A stretch of 64,000 nt of DNA from an uncultured Chloroflexia bacterium (GTDB lineage Bacteria; Chloroflexota; Limnocylindria; Limnocylindrales; CSP1-4): the NCBI GenBank assembly GCA_963828165.1, contig CAWHDR010000001.1, forward strand, positions 768,001 to 832,000, written 5' to 3'. Numbering within the stretch: position 1 is the first letter of the stretch; every line of letters begins with the position of its first letter. Of the stretch, positions 47,240 through 56,521 are shown piece by piece. Made by a program: the position numbers and the translations under genes. A model generated the notes under the pieces. It saw only the letters and a list, made by a program, of their open reading frames with translations. It was not told where the DNA came from and made no database searches.

Positions 47240-48228
47240 TCGACGCCCCGGCCCTCGTCACGATCGAAGCCATCCGTGGCGCCGCCGGCATCCTGCGCGG
47301 CGTCGCGATCCGAACCCCGCTGGTTCCATACGGCCCGCCCCAGGACGGCATCCTGCTGAAGGCTGAGAGTCTGCAGCCGATCGGGGCGTTCAAGATCCGT
47401 GGTGCCTACGTCGCCATCGCCGGATTGGCGCCGGCCGAACGTGATCGGGGCGTCATCACGTACTCCTCGGGGAACCACGCTCAGGGGGTCGCACGTGCGG
47501 CCCGCCTGCTCGGCGCACCGGCGGTCATCGTCATGCCCAGCGACGCCCCCGAGATCAAACGCGAGCGCGTCGCGGCCGACGGAGCCGAGATCGTCACCGT
47601 GGGGACTTCCTCGGAAGAACGCCGGGAACGGGCTGAGGCGATCGCGGTGGAGCGCGGTCTCGCCATCATCCCGCCCTACGACGACGACCGCATCATCGCC
47701 GGCCAGGGCACGGTCGGGCTCGAGATCGCCGAGGAGCTGGCGGAGGTCGCGCTGGTCGTGGTTCCGATCGGTGGCGGTGGACTCGCGGGTGGTGTCGCCG
47801 TGGCGATCAAGGCGCTGGTCCCGGGGGCGCGGGTCATCGGCGTGGAACCCGAGCTCGCCGCCGATGCCCGCGAATCGCTCGAGCGTGGGGAGATCGTCGA
47901 GTGGTCGGCGGCGGACGTATCGCGGACCATCGCGGATGGCACGCGAACGCAGGCGCTGGGGCGACGGACCTTCGCGCACCTCCGTGCGTACCTCGACGGG
48001 ATCGTGACCGTGAGCGAGGCGGAGATCGGCGCCGCGGTCCGGCTGGCGGCAGAACGGTCGCGCCTGGTCGCGGAACCGAGCGGCGCCCTTGCCCTCGCGG
48101 CGATCGCGTTCCGCGGCGGCGAGCTGGGCCTGCCGGACCTGGATGGCCCGGTGGTCGGCGTCGTCAGCGGCGGCAACGTTGATCCGGCGCAGTACCGCGC
48201 CTACCTGGAGGCGCCGCTCCCCGGTTGA
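47236..48228 (+). CDS. PLP-dependent threonine/serine dehydratase
   Basis: KAESLQ..GAFKIRG, SSGNHAQG, GGGGL and SGGN motifs; GTG start overlapping the upstream stop. Confidence 0.9.
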   Translation: MIDAPALVTIEAIRGAAGILRGVAIRTPLVPYGPPQDGILLKAESLQPIGAFKIRGAYVAIAGLAPAERDRGVITYSSGNHAQGVARAARLLGAPAVIVMPSDAPEIKRERVAADGAEIVTVGTSSEERRERAEAIAVERGLAIIPPYDDDRIIAGQGTVGLEIAEELAEVALVVVPIGGGGLAGGVAVAIKALVPGARVIGVEPELAADARESLERGEIVEWSAADVSRTIADGTRTQALGRRTFAHLRAYLDGIVTVSEAEIGAAVRLAAERSRLVAEPSGALALAAIAFRGGELGLPDLDGPVVGVVSGGNVDPAQYRAYLEAPLPG

Positions 48229-49250
48229 CTCTCCTCGCGCTCGCGCGCGAGTCGATCGGCCAGCAGCCCCTCGCGGACCCGGATGTCGGCCATCTCGGTT
48301 GCCGCCTGGCGGTCCATCCGCACGGTGTCGCGCGCATCGGCCCGCATCCAGCCGACCACGATGGCCATGACCGCCACGAGGAAGATCGCGTCTCCGACGA
48401 GCCACATGATCCCGGCCGCCGCCTGCTGATCGGCGAGGGGCGTGGGCCCCCAGGTCCGTACGAGCGTGGCGTAATGCGGGTAGAGCGCGGCCGGGGCGTT
48501 GAGGAGCACGACGGCGAGGAACGTGTTCTGCGGCATCTGGAGGAACACGTACAGGGCGCGGGCCGGGTGGGGCATCCGCCACGGCGCCGGATCGAGCGCC
48601 ACCGCCGGCCACCAGAACAGCAGGCCCGCGCCCAGGAACAGGGCGTGCTCCAGGTCGTGGACCAGCGGGTCCTCGAGGGCCGCCTCGAAGAGCGGCGAGA
48701 AGTGGCTGACCCACATGACGGTCGCGAAGACGATCCACGCGACCACGGGGAAGGCGAGGATCCTCGTCAGCCGAGCATGGAGGAACGGCAGGACCCAGCG
48801 ACGCCTCGTGACCGGCGAGACGAGACGCAGGACCAGGGTGATGGGCGCGGACAGGGCGATCAGCGGCGCGGCCACCATCGCGAGCAGCAGGTGCTGGACC
48901 ATGTGCACCGAGAACAGCGTCGTGTCGTACCGGTCGATCCCCGACACGAGCGCGACGGCGAGCACCGCCAGGCCGGCGGCGAAGGCCACCGACCGGCGAA
49001 CCGGCACGGGATTGGTCGGATGCTCGGCGTTCACGCGCCGAACCGCCCACCACCACCAGATGACTGCGACGGCGATGCCCAGCGTTGGCAGAGGCTCGAA
49101 CGTCCAGCCGAGCAGGAGTGTCGTCGCCGACGGCGGCTCGGTCGGCACGGGCCCGTGGGCCGTGACGGACGCCGCGGATGCGAGCCACACGATCGCGCCG
49201 GGGCCAGCGAGCCAGCCGAGGCGGAGCGCGAGCATCCGGCGTCTGGACAT
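48201..49250 (-). CDS. ctaG: caa3-type CtaG cytochrome oxidase Cu-assembly factor
   Basis: FSVHMVQHLLL...APL, W..H, H.LEH, FWWP and DQQAAAGIMW motifs; divergent from the oxidase operon. Confidence 0.85.
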   Translation of the reverse strand: MSRRRMLALRLGWLAGPGAIVWLASAASVTAHGPVPTEPPSATTLLLGWTFEPLPTLGIAVAVIWWWWAVRRVNAEHPTNPVPVRRSVAFAAGLAVLAVALVSGIDRYDTTLFSVHMVQHLLLAMVAAPLIALSAPITLVLRLVSPVTRRRWVLPFLHARLTRILAFPVVAWIVFATVMWVSHFSPLFEAALEDPLVHDLEHALFLGAGLLFWWPAVALDPAPWRMPHPARALYVFLQMPQNTFLAVVLLNAPAALYPHYATLVRTWGPTPLADQQAAAGIMWLVGDAIFLVAVMAIVVGWMRADARDTVRMDRQAATEMADIRVREGLLADRLAREREESQPGSGASR

Positions 49251-49410
49251 CGTCCCCCATCCTCGCACGAACCCCGGCCGGTGGCCGCGCGAGACACCGA
49301 CACTCCGGGTATCATGGCGCCGGTCCGACCCTCGGGCGGTTCGGCCGCGATCTTGACCGGTGAGCCACTCCCAGGTGCGGTGCTCGCCGACGTTACCGCT
49401 GAGGATCTGC

Positions 49411-50577
49411 ATGGCGAGTCCCCCCCGAAGTGGCCGTCCCGCGCTCCAGGCTCTCGTCATCGGCGCCATCGCGCTCGGGATGGTTGCGATCGCGATCGTG
49501 GCCGGTGTCGACCTGATCGGGACGAGCCAGCGCGTGGTGACCGGCCTCTATCCGCCGGAGGCGGTGACCGTCCAGGGCCAGCACATCCGCGACCTGTACA
49601 CGATCGTGTTCCTGATCGCGGTCGCCATCTTCTTCCTCGTCGAGGGACTGATCCTGTGGACCGTCCTGCGTTATCGCCGGCGGCCCGAGGACGTGACGCT
49701 CCCCGCGCAGACCCACGGCAACGCGATCGCCGAGGTCGTCTGGACGGTGGTCCCGACCCTGATCGTCGCCTTCCTGTTCGTGATCTCGTGGCAGACGCTG
49801 AACACCGTGGAGGTCGTGTCGGCCGATCCGCAGACCCGGATCAAGGCCGTGGCCGGCCAGTTCCAGTGGACCTTCGAGTATCTCGATGAGAGCGGCGAGA
49901 ACACGGTCTACACGCAGCTCCTCCCGGCCGGCGAGGATGGCGGCCTCGTGCTTCCGGCCGGCCGAACGGTCCAGCTGAGCCTGGAGAGCCCGGACGTCAT
50001 CCACGCCTTCTACGTCCCCCAGTTCCTGTTCAAACGTGACGTCGTGCCGGGCCGGATCAACGTGTTCGAGATCACGGTCAACGAGGAAGACGCCGGCCAG
50101 ACGTTCCGCGGCCAATGCGCGGAGCTGTGCGGGGCCGGCCATCGCCTGATGCTGTTCGACGTCCACGCCTACACGCCCGCCGACTACGACGCCTGGCTCG
50201 AGCAGAAGATCGCCGAGGCCGAAGCGAGTCCGCCGCCGCCACCCTCCGGGGCTCCGTCAGGTGGTCCGCCCGGTCCGTCCGGCCCGCCTGCCGGATCTGC
50301 GCTGGCGGTGACGGCATTGAACCTCGCGTTCCAGCCAACGGAGTTGCAGGCCCCGGCCGACACGCCGTTCAAGATCGACTTCGACAACCAGGACCCGAGC
50401 GTCCCGCACAACGTCGCGATCCACGAAGGGAGCCCGACCGGACCCGAAGTCTTCAGAGGCGAGGTCTTCCCCGGTCCGGCCAAGAAGCCCTACGACGTGC
50501 CGGCGCTCAAGGCCGGCGCCTATGCCTTCATCTGCACGGTCCACCCCAGCATGACCGGCACCCTCACGGTCAACTAG
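49411..50577 (+). CDS. coxB: Heme-copper oxidase subunit II with fused C-terminal cupredoxin
   Basis: EVVWT, DVIHAF and CuA motif CAELCGAGH..M; Pro/Gly linker, then HNV...CTVHPSM. Confidence 0.93.
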   Translation: MASPPRSGRPALQALVIGAIALGMVAIAIVAGVDLIGTSQRVVTGLYPPEAVTVQGQHIRDLYTIVFLIAVAIFFLVEGLILWTVLRYRRRPEDVTLPAQTHGNAIAEVVWTVVPTLIVAFLFVISWQTLNTVEVVSADPQTRIKAVAGQFQWTFEYLDESGENTVYTQLLPAGEDGGLVLPAGRTVQLSLESPDVIHAFYVPQFLFKRDVVPGRINVFEITVNEEDAGQTFRGQCAELCGAGHRLMLFDVHAYTPADYDAWLEQKIAEAEASPPPPPSGAPSGGPPGPSGPPAGSALAVTALNLAFQPTELQAPADTPFKIDFDNQDPSVPHNVAIHEGSPTGPEVFRGEVFPGPAKKPYDVPALKAGAYAFICTVHPSMTGTLTVN

Positions 50578-50586
50578 GAGCATCGC

Positions 50587-52239
50587 GTGGCGACCACCGT
50601 CCTGCACCCCGCCGCCCCGACCTACCGCAGCAACCTGTACGACTGGGTGACGACGACCGATCACAAGAAGATCGGGATCCTCTATGTCGTGAACTCGTTC
50701 CTGTTCTTCTTCATCGGCGGGATCCTGGCCATGCTCGTGCGAACGGAGCTCGCCTTTCCGGGCCTCCAGTTCCTGACTGACCAGACCTACAACGAAGTGT
50801 TCACGATGCACGCGACGTTGATGATCTTCCTGTTCATCATCCCGATGCTGGCGGGCTTCGGGAACTACGTCGTCCCGCTCCAGATCGGCGCCCCCGACAT
50901 GGCCTTCCCGCGCATCAACGCGCTGTCGTTCTGGATGCTGCCGCTGGGCGGGTTCCTGATCCTCCTGGGCTTCGTCACGGGCGGCGCCGCGGCCGCTGGA
51001 TGGACGTCCTACAGCCCACTCGCGCAGGACCGCCCATTGGCCTCGGTCGGGTCGGGGCAAGACTTGTGGATCGTCGGCCTGGCGCTCGTTGGCACGAGCT
51101 CGATCCTGGGCGCGGTCAACTTCCTCGTCACGATCTTCAAGATGCGGGCCCCGGGAATGACCCTGTTCCGCATGTCGCTGCTGACCTGGACCGTCCTCGT
51201 GACCGCCGTGCTCGTCCTGCTGGCCACGCCCGTGTTCACGAGCGCGGTGATCATGCTGTTCATCGACCGCAACCTCGGCGGGAGCTTTTTCGATCCGGCC
51301 AACGGCGGCGACGCGATCCTGTACCAGAACATCTTCTGGTTCTACTCGCACCCGGCGGTCTACGTGATGATCCTCATCGCGATGGGCACGGTCAGCGAGA
51401 TCCTGCCGGTCTTCAGCCGCAAACCCCTGTTCGGGTACAAGGCGTTCGTCTTCGCGACGGTCGGCATCGGGGCGCTCGGATTCTCCGTATGGGCCCATCA
51501 CATGTTCACGACGGGCGCGGTGTACCTGCCGTTCTTCAGCCTCATGACGTTCCTGATCGCGGTCCCGACCGGCGTGAAGTTCTTCAACTGGATCTTCACG
51601 ATGTGGCGCGGCCAGCTCCGGCTCGCGACCCCGCTCCTGTTCGCGCTCGGGTTCCTCACGATGTTCCTGATCGGCGGGATCAACGGCGCCTTCGCCGCCT
51701 CCGTCCCGGTGGACTTCGCTCTCCACGACACGTACTTCGTCGTGGCCCATATCCACTACGTGTTGTTCGGCGGATCGGTCTTCGGGGTGATGGCCGGCCT
51801 GTACTACTGGTTCCCGAAGATGACCGGCCGGATGCTCAACGAGACCCTGGGCAAGGTCCAGTTCGTGCTGATGTTCATCGGCTTCAACCTGACGTTCTTC
51901 CCGATGCACGAACTCGGGTTGTCGGGCATGCCGCGGCGGATCGCGGACTATTCGTCGACCGCCGGCTGGAACGACCTCAACCTGGCGGCCACCGTGGGTG
52001 GCTTCCTCATCGCCGCGAGCATGATCCCGCTCCTGTGGAACGTCTTCATCTCGCTCCGCAGCGGCGAGGTCGCCGGCGACGATCCGTGGGAGGGCAACAC
52101 CCTCGAGTGGGCGACCACCTCGCCACCGCCGCCATACAACTTCGACCGGCTTCCGGAGATCCGCTCCGAGCGACCCGTGTTCGACGTTCGCCATGGCCCC
52201 AAGCCCGGTGCCGCGGCCGTGGCTCCGAGCGAGCACTGA
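50587..52239 (+). CDS. coxA: Heme-copper oxidase subunit I (A2 type)
   Basis: TTDHKKIG, MH, DMAFPR, FWFYSHPAVY, WAHHM, AHIHY and GMPRR motifs. Confidence 0.96.
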   Translation: MATTVLHPAAPTYRSNLYDWVTTTDHKKIGILYVVNSFLFFFIGGILAMLVRTELAFPGLQFLTDQTYNEVFTMHATLMIFLFIIPMLAGFGNYVVPLQIGAPDMAFPRINALSFWMLPLGGFLILLGFVTGGAAAAGWTSYSPLAQDRPLASVGSGQDLWIVGLALVGTSSILGAVNFLVTIFKMRAPGMTLFRMSLLTWTVLVTAVLVLLATPVFTSAVIMLFIDRNLGGSFFDPANGGDAILYQNIFWFYSHPAVYVMILIAMGTVSEILPVFSRKPLFGYKAFVFATVGIGALGFSVWAHHMFTTGAVYLPFFSLMTFLIAVPTGVKFFNWIFTMWRGQLRLATPLLFALGFLTMFLIGGINGAFAASVPVDFALHDTYFVVAHIHYVLFGGSVFGVMAGLYYWFPKMTGRMLNETLGKVQFVLMFIGFNLTFFPMHELGLSGMPRRIADYSSTAGWNDLNLAATVGGFLIAASMIPLLWNVFISLRSGEVAGDDPWEGNTLEWATTSPPPPYNFDRLPEIRSERPVFDVRHGPKPGAAAVAPSEH

Positions 52240-52243
52240 GCCG

Positions 52244-52909
52244 ATGGCGACCGAGAGCCACGCCCTGACGACCACCGACGACCACAGTCCGGTCGCCGGC
52301 CTGAGCCACGACTCGTCGGGCGGCATCAGCAATGTCGTGCTGGGGATGCTCCTGTTCCTGACCTCGGAGGTCATGTTCTTCGCGGGACTGTTCGCGGCCT
52401 ACTTCGCGGTGCGGGCCAAGACGGACCTGTGGCCGCCGATCAACCCCGAGACGAGCGAGCAGTTCCACCTCGCGATCCTGCCGCTCGTCGGGCCGGCCAC
52501 CGTCCTGCTGATCCTGTCGTCCTTCACCTGCCAGTTCGCGGTCTGGGCGATCCGGCGCGGGGACCACGTCGCCTTTGTCCGCAACATCGCGGTGACGTTC
52601 CTGATCGGGGTCACCTTCCTCGTGATGCAGGCCATCGATTACGTGGAGCTCGGCTCCGAGGGACTGACCATGGCGTCCGGCCCCTACGGCACGACCTACT
52701 TCACTCTCACCGGTTTCCACGGAGCGCACGTGTTCGGTGGCGTGGTGATGCTGGGGGTCGTCCTGTACCGGGGCATGGCCGGGCAGTTCTCGCCTCGCCA
52801 TCACGATGCGGTCGAGGCGACGTCGCTGTACTGGCACTTCGTCGACGTCGTCTGGATCCTGCTGTTCTCGCTGCTGTACCTGCTGCCAGGCAAGACTCCC
52901 CAGGGGTAA
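52244..52909 (+). CDS. coxC: Heme-copper oxidase subunit III
   Basis: FLTSEVMFF, TGFHGAHV and YWHFVDVVW motifs. Confidence 0.94.
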   Translation: MATESHALTTTDDHSPVAGLSHDSSGGISNVVLGMLLFLTSEVMFFAGLFAAYFAVRAKTDLWPPINPETSEQFHLAILPLVGPATVLLILSSFTCQFAVWAIRRGDHVAFVRNIAVTFLIGVTFLVMQAIDYVELGSEGLTMASGPYGTTYFTLTGFHGAHVFGGVVMLGVVLYRGMAGQFSPRHHDAVEATSLYWHFVDVVWILLFSLLYLLPGKTPQG

Positions 52910-52913
52910 CTAG

Positions 52914-53108
52914 ATGCATCCGCTGCGTCATCCTCGCAACGCCATCTTCGTCGGCATGCTGTTCGTGATCGTCGGGGCGGTCTACTGGACGGTGCAGACC
53001 GTCGCCGGCTGGGAGGTCGACTACGCCGGGGTGACCCTGCTCGTGCTGCTCGGCGTCGCGATGGCCGTCATGGCCTACGTGCTCATCGCCGGATCCCCGA
53101 ACGACTGA
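52914..53108 (+). CDS. Small 2-TM protein, resembles the N-terminal half of actinobacterial oxidase subunit IV
   Basis: Two TM helices around YW...D.AG.T.L; inside the cox operon. Confidence 0.6.
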   Translation: MHPLRHPRNAIFVGMLFVIVGAVYWTVQTVAGWEVDYAGVTLLVLLGVAMAVMAYVLIAGSPND

Positions 53109-53114
53109 CGCCCA

Positions 53115-54263
53115 GTGCTCGAAGAGATCTGGAACGGCATCCTGGAGCTGATGGCGCAGTTCGTCATCCCCGATTGGGGCGCGCTGATCGCCCTCCTGCC
53201 GGTCTTCGTCTTCGTCCTCACCCTCCTCATCCTCGCGTGGCTCTTCGTGCGTCTGTTCCGCGCACCCAAGCCGCGTCGCGGGATCCAGCGCGTGCCACCG
53301 CGCACGCCGGCCGGCCTGCACATGCCCGGCCCGTCCTTCGCGCCGATCCTGGCCTCGATCGGGGCGTTCCTGCTGTTCCTCGGGGTCGTCTTCCCAGGCC
53401 CGCTCCTGCTGCTCGGAGGGATCGCCCTCGGCCTGACGCTCCTGTACTGGCTCAAGGAGTCGGTGCGGATCTACGACCACGACCTCGGTGTTCGCACGGC
53501 AACGGAGCTGCCGGCCGTCGCCCACGAGGGCCCGCCACCGGGCGTCCACATGCCGGGCCCGTCGTTCCGGCCGTTCCTGGGCGCCGTCGGGACGGGCATG
53601 CTGATGCTCGGGCTCGTGTTCGGCGGCTGGCTGCTGGCCGCCGGGGTGATCGCCCTGATCGCGACGCTGGTCGGCTGGCTGATCGATGCCCGCGGCGAAT
53701 ACGTCAAGACCGTCGAGGCGGATACGACCGGCCACCTGGAGAACATGCCCGCCCCGCGGACCCCGGCGCTGCTGCTCGTCGTGCTGGCCGTGCTGCTGGT
53801 CGGCGGCGTCGCGCTCCAGGCCGGCTGGCTCCCGCCGCGAGATGTGAGTGGTGGCGAAGGGGCCGCGGCCTCTGGTGCCCCGCCCGGTGGCGCGGGCGAA
53901 TCCGGGGGCTCCGGTGAGCCAGGCGGCCCGCCCGGGGGCTCTGGCGAACCGGGCGGCTCAGGTGGGCCGCCGCCCGGTGAACCCGCGGCCGACGCCGTGG
54001 TCCATGCCAAGAACATCGCGTTCGCTGAAAGCAGCCTGACGGCTCCGGCCGACCGTCCATTCAAGCTTGCCTTGGTCAATGAGGACGCAGGCACCCCGCA
54101 CAACGTCGAGCTCAAGGACGCTGCCGGGGCGAGCGTCTACCAGGGCGAGGTCTTCAATGGCGTTGAGACCCGCGTCTACGACGTGCCAGCGCTCGCCGCG
54201 GGGACGTACACGTTCCTGTGCACGGTCCATCCGAGCATGACGGGCAGCGCCACCCTCCAGTAG
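53115..54263 (+). CDS. Membrane protein with duplicated subunit-IV-like HMPGPSF repeats and C-terminal cupredoxin
   Basis: Two G.HMPGPSF.P + 2-TM units, a Gly/Pro/Ser linker and HNV...CTVHPSM. Confidence 0.8.
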   Translation: MLEEIWNGILELMAQFVIPDWGALIALLPVFVFVLTLLILAWLFVRLFRAPKPRRGIQRVPPRTPAGLHMPGPSFAPILASIGAFLLFLGVVFPGPLLLLGGIALGLTLLYWLKESVRIYDHDLGVRTATELPAVAHEGPPPGVHMPGPSFRPFLGAVGTGMLMLGLVFGGWLLAAGVIALIATLVGWLIDARGEYVKTVEADTTGHLENMPAPRTPALLLVVLAVLLVGGVALQAGWLPPRDVSGGEGAAASGAPPGGAGESGGSGEPGGPPGGSGEPGGSGGPPPGEPAADAVVHAKNIAFAESSLTAPADRPFKLALVNEDAGTPHNVELKDAAGASVYQGEVFNGVETRVYDVPALAAGTYTFLCTVHPSMTGSATLQ

Positions 54264-54333
54264 GGCGCACGCAGCAACGAAGGTCATCGTCACGCCGCGC
54301 CGTCCGATCCTCATCGCCCTGGCCATCGCCGTC

Positions 54334-54804
54334 GTGACGACGGCCGCCATCTGGTGGTTCGTGCGCGTCGGCGAGGCACCGAGCGTCGGCGTCGGGCAAC
54401 CCGCGCCGCGCATCATCGGCACGACGCTCGATGGCGAGGCGTTCGACCTCGCGACGTACGCTGGCCGACCGGTCGTGCTCAACTTCTGGGGCCCGACCTG
54501 CATCCCGTGTCGTGACGAGTTCCCGTTGCTCGCCGCCAAGCTCGCCGAACATGCCGACGACGGCCTCGCGATCGTCGGGATCCTGACCGACGATCCGGCC
54601 CCGTTGGCACGTGACTTCGTGACGGAATTCGGCGCGACTTGGCCGACGGTCGAGGATCCGGACAAGACCTACAAGACGGCCTACCGGGTCCTGGGTCGAC
54701 CGCAGTCGTTCTTCATCGACGGATCCGGTGTCGTGCGCTCCGTGCAGATCGGCGAGGTTCGCGGCAACGATTTCGAGACGCACTACGCTCGGATCGCGCC
54801 GTGA
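54334..54804 (+). CDS. TlpA/ResA-like membrane-anchored thioredoxin
   Basis: VVLNFWGPTCIPCRDE and P.SFFID motifs; the hydrophobic frame extends upstream to ~54286, so the start is uncertain. Confidence 0.85.
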   Translation: MTTAAIWWFVRVGEAPSVGVGQPAPRIIGTTLDGEAFDLATYAGRPVVLNFWGPTCIPCRDEFPLLAAKLAEHADDGLAIVGILTDDPAPLARDFVTEFGATWPTVEDPDKTYKTAYRVLGRPQSFFIDGSGVVRSVQIGEVRGNDFETHYARIAP

Positions 54805-55739
54805 CCGCCCCGGCGGTCCTCGTCGAGGAGGTGCGCAAGCGCTACGACGGCCGGGCCGTGATCGACGGGGTCTCGTTCGCCGTCGCGCCGGGCGAGCTGG
54901 TCGCCTTGCTCGGACCCAACGGGGCCGGCAAGACGACGACCGTCGAGATCGTCGAGGGCTACCGCCGCGCCGACACGGGCACGGTGCAGGTCCTCGGGGA
55001 GGATCCAGCGCGGGGTGGTCGCTCGCTGCGAGCCCGCGTGGGCCTGATGCTCCAATCCGGTGGCATCGACCTTCGGGCGCGACCGCGCGAGACGATCGTC
55101 CAGTACGCCCGGTTCCACGCCGATCCACGCGACCCGGATGAGCTGCTGGACCTGCTTGGTCTGCGGTCCGTGTCATCCACGCCGTTCCGCCGCCTGTCGG
55201 GCGGGGAGCGGCAGCGGCTGGGCCTCGCGCTCGCGCTGGTGGGCCGGCCCGAGGTCCTGATCCTCGACGAGCCGACCGCCGGCTTGGACCCGGAGGCGCG
55301 GGCCGTCGTCCGCGAGCTCATCGCTGACCAACGGGCCGCCGGCGTGGCCATCCTGCTGACCAGCCACGACCTCGTCGACGTCGAGCGCCTGGCCGACCGG
55401 ATCATCGTCCTGGTCGCGGGGCGAGTCGCCGCGTCCGGGTCGTCCTCCGAGCTGGCCTCGGGGGTGGGGCCGCGGCTGCGGTTTCGGCTCGACCGTCCAC
55501 TCGAAACGGATGAGCTCGAGCGGCTGAGCGCGGCGGTCCAGGCCGCCGCAGCGGCAACGGTCCAGCCAGGTGATGACCGGGCCTGGCTCGAGGTCGTCGC
55601 GAATCCATCGCCGGCCCTGATCGCTGCGATCGCGGACGCGTGCCGGGATGCCGACCTGCTCATCGTGGAGGCGCGCACCGGCGGCGGCTCCCTGGAGGAC
55701 GTCTACCTGGACCTCGCCGCAAGGACCGAGCCCTCGTGA
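54801..55739 (+). CDS. ABC-2 exporter ATP-binding subunit
   Basis: GPNGAGKT, LSGGERQR and LDEPTAG motifs. Confidence 0.9.
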   Translation: MTAPAVLVEEVRKRYDGRAVIDGVSFAVAPGELVALLGPNGAGKTTTVEIVEGYRRADTGTVQVLGEDPARGGRSLRARVGLMLQSGGIDLRARPRETIVQYARFHADPRDPDELLDLLGLRSVSSTPFRRLSGGERQRLGLALALVGRPEVLILDEPTAGLDPEARAVVRELIADQRAAGVAILLTSHDLVDVERLADRIIVLVAGRVAASGSSSELASGVGPRLRFRLDRPLETDELERLSAAVQAAAAATVQPGDDRAWLEVVANPSPALIAAIADACRDADLLIVEARTGGGSLEDVYLDLAARTEPS

Positions 55740-56473
55740 GCCGGCCTGCGCCGTGGGCGACGGCGGTCCTGGCCCAGGCCGGCGTCGAAGCACGACTCGC
55801 CTCGCGACGCGGCGAAAACCTGCTGGCGATGGTCGGCGTGCCGATCGCCGTGCTGCTCTTCTTGGGGGTCTTCCCGCTCAGCCGCGGCACGGTCGAGGTG
55901 ATGCTGCCCGGAACCCTCGCGCTCGCCCTCGTCGCGAGCGGCCTCGTCAACCTTGGGATCGCGACGGCGTACGAACGCGGCTACGGGGTCCTGAAGCGTC
56001 TCGGCGGATCGCCGCTCGGAAGCTCGGGCGTGGTCGCCGCGAAGCTCGGTGTGGTGCTCGCGATCGCCCTGGCCCAGGTCGTCGGGCTCCTCGCCATCGC
56101 GGCGCTGGTCCTGGGCTGGCGACCCGATCCCGACGCCTCCGTCCTGGCCGTCGTGGTGACGACGGTCGTCGGAGCGGCGGCATTCGTCGGCCTGGGCCTC
56201 GCGATCGCGGCGACACTCCGACCGGAAGCGGCCCTCGTCGTTGCCAATGTCCTCTTCCTGCTGGCCCTCGGGTTCGGGGGCGGCCTCGTGCCGATCGGCG
56301 ACCTTCCGGCTCCGCTCGCCGGCGTCGTGAGCGTCCTGCCGGTTGGCGCGCTCAGCGAGGCTTTTGCGTCTTCGCTGGGCTCTGGCGGGGCGCTTGCGGT
56401 CCCGCTTGCCGTCGTGGGCGCCTGGGCGATCGGATCGCTCGTCCTGGCGGCGCGGACGTTCCGCTGGGACTGA
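55736..56473 (+). CDS. ABC-2 exporter permease
   Basis: IATAYER.YGVLKRL..SPL; ends FRWD. Confidence 0.88.
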   Translation: MSRPAPWATAVLAQAGVEARLASRRGENLLAMVGVPIAVLLFLGVFPLSRGTVEVMLPGTLALALVASGLVNLGIATAYERGYGVLKRLGGSPLGSSGVVAAKLGVVLAIALAQVVGLLAIAALVLGWRPDPDASVLAVVVTTVVGAAAFVGLGLAIAATLRPEAALVVANVLFLLALGFGGGLVPIGDLPAPLAGVVSVLPVGALSEAFASSLGSGGALAVPLAVVGAWAIGSLVLAARTFRWD

Positions 56474-56521
56474 TCGGCAAACGAAACGGCCGGCCAGGTA
56501 GGAGCCGTCAGCCTCGGGGAC

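Noticed and set aside
53845-53990. Short direct repeats (GGCTC.GG.GA.CC.GGCGGC)
   Set aside because: They encode the GSGEPGG linker of the cupredoxin-tethered protein.
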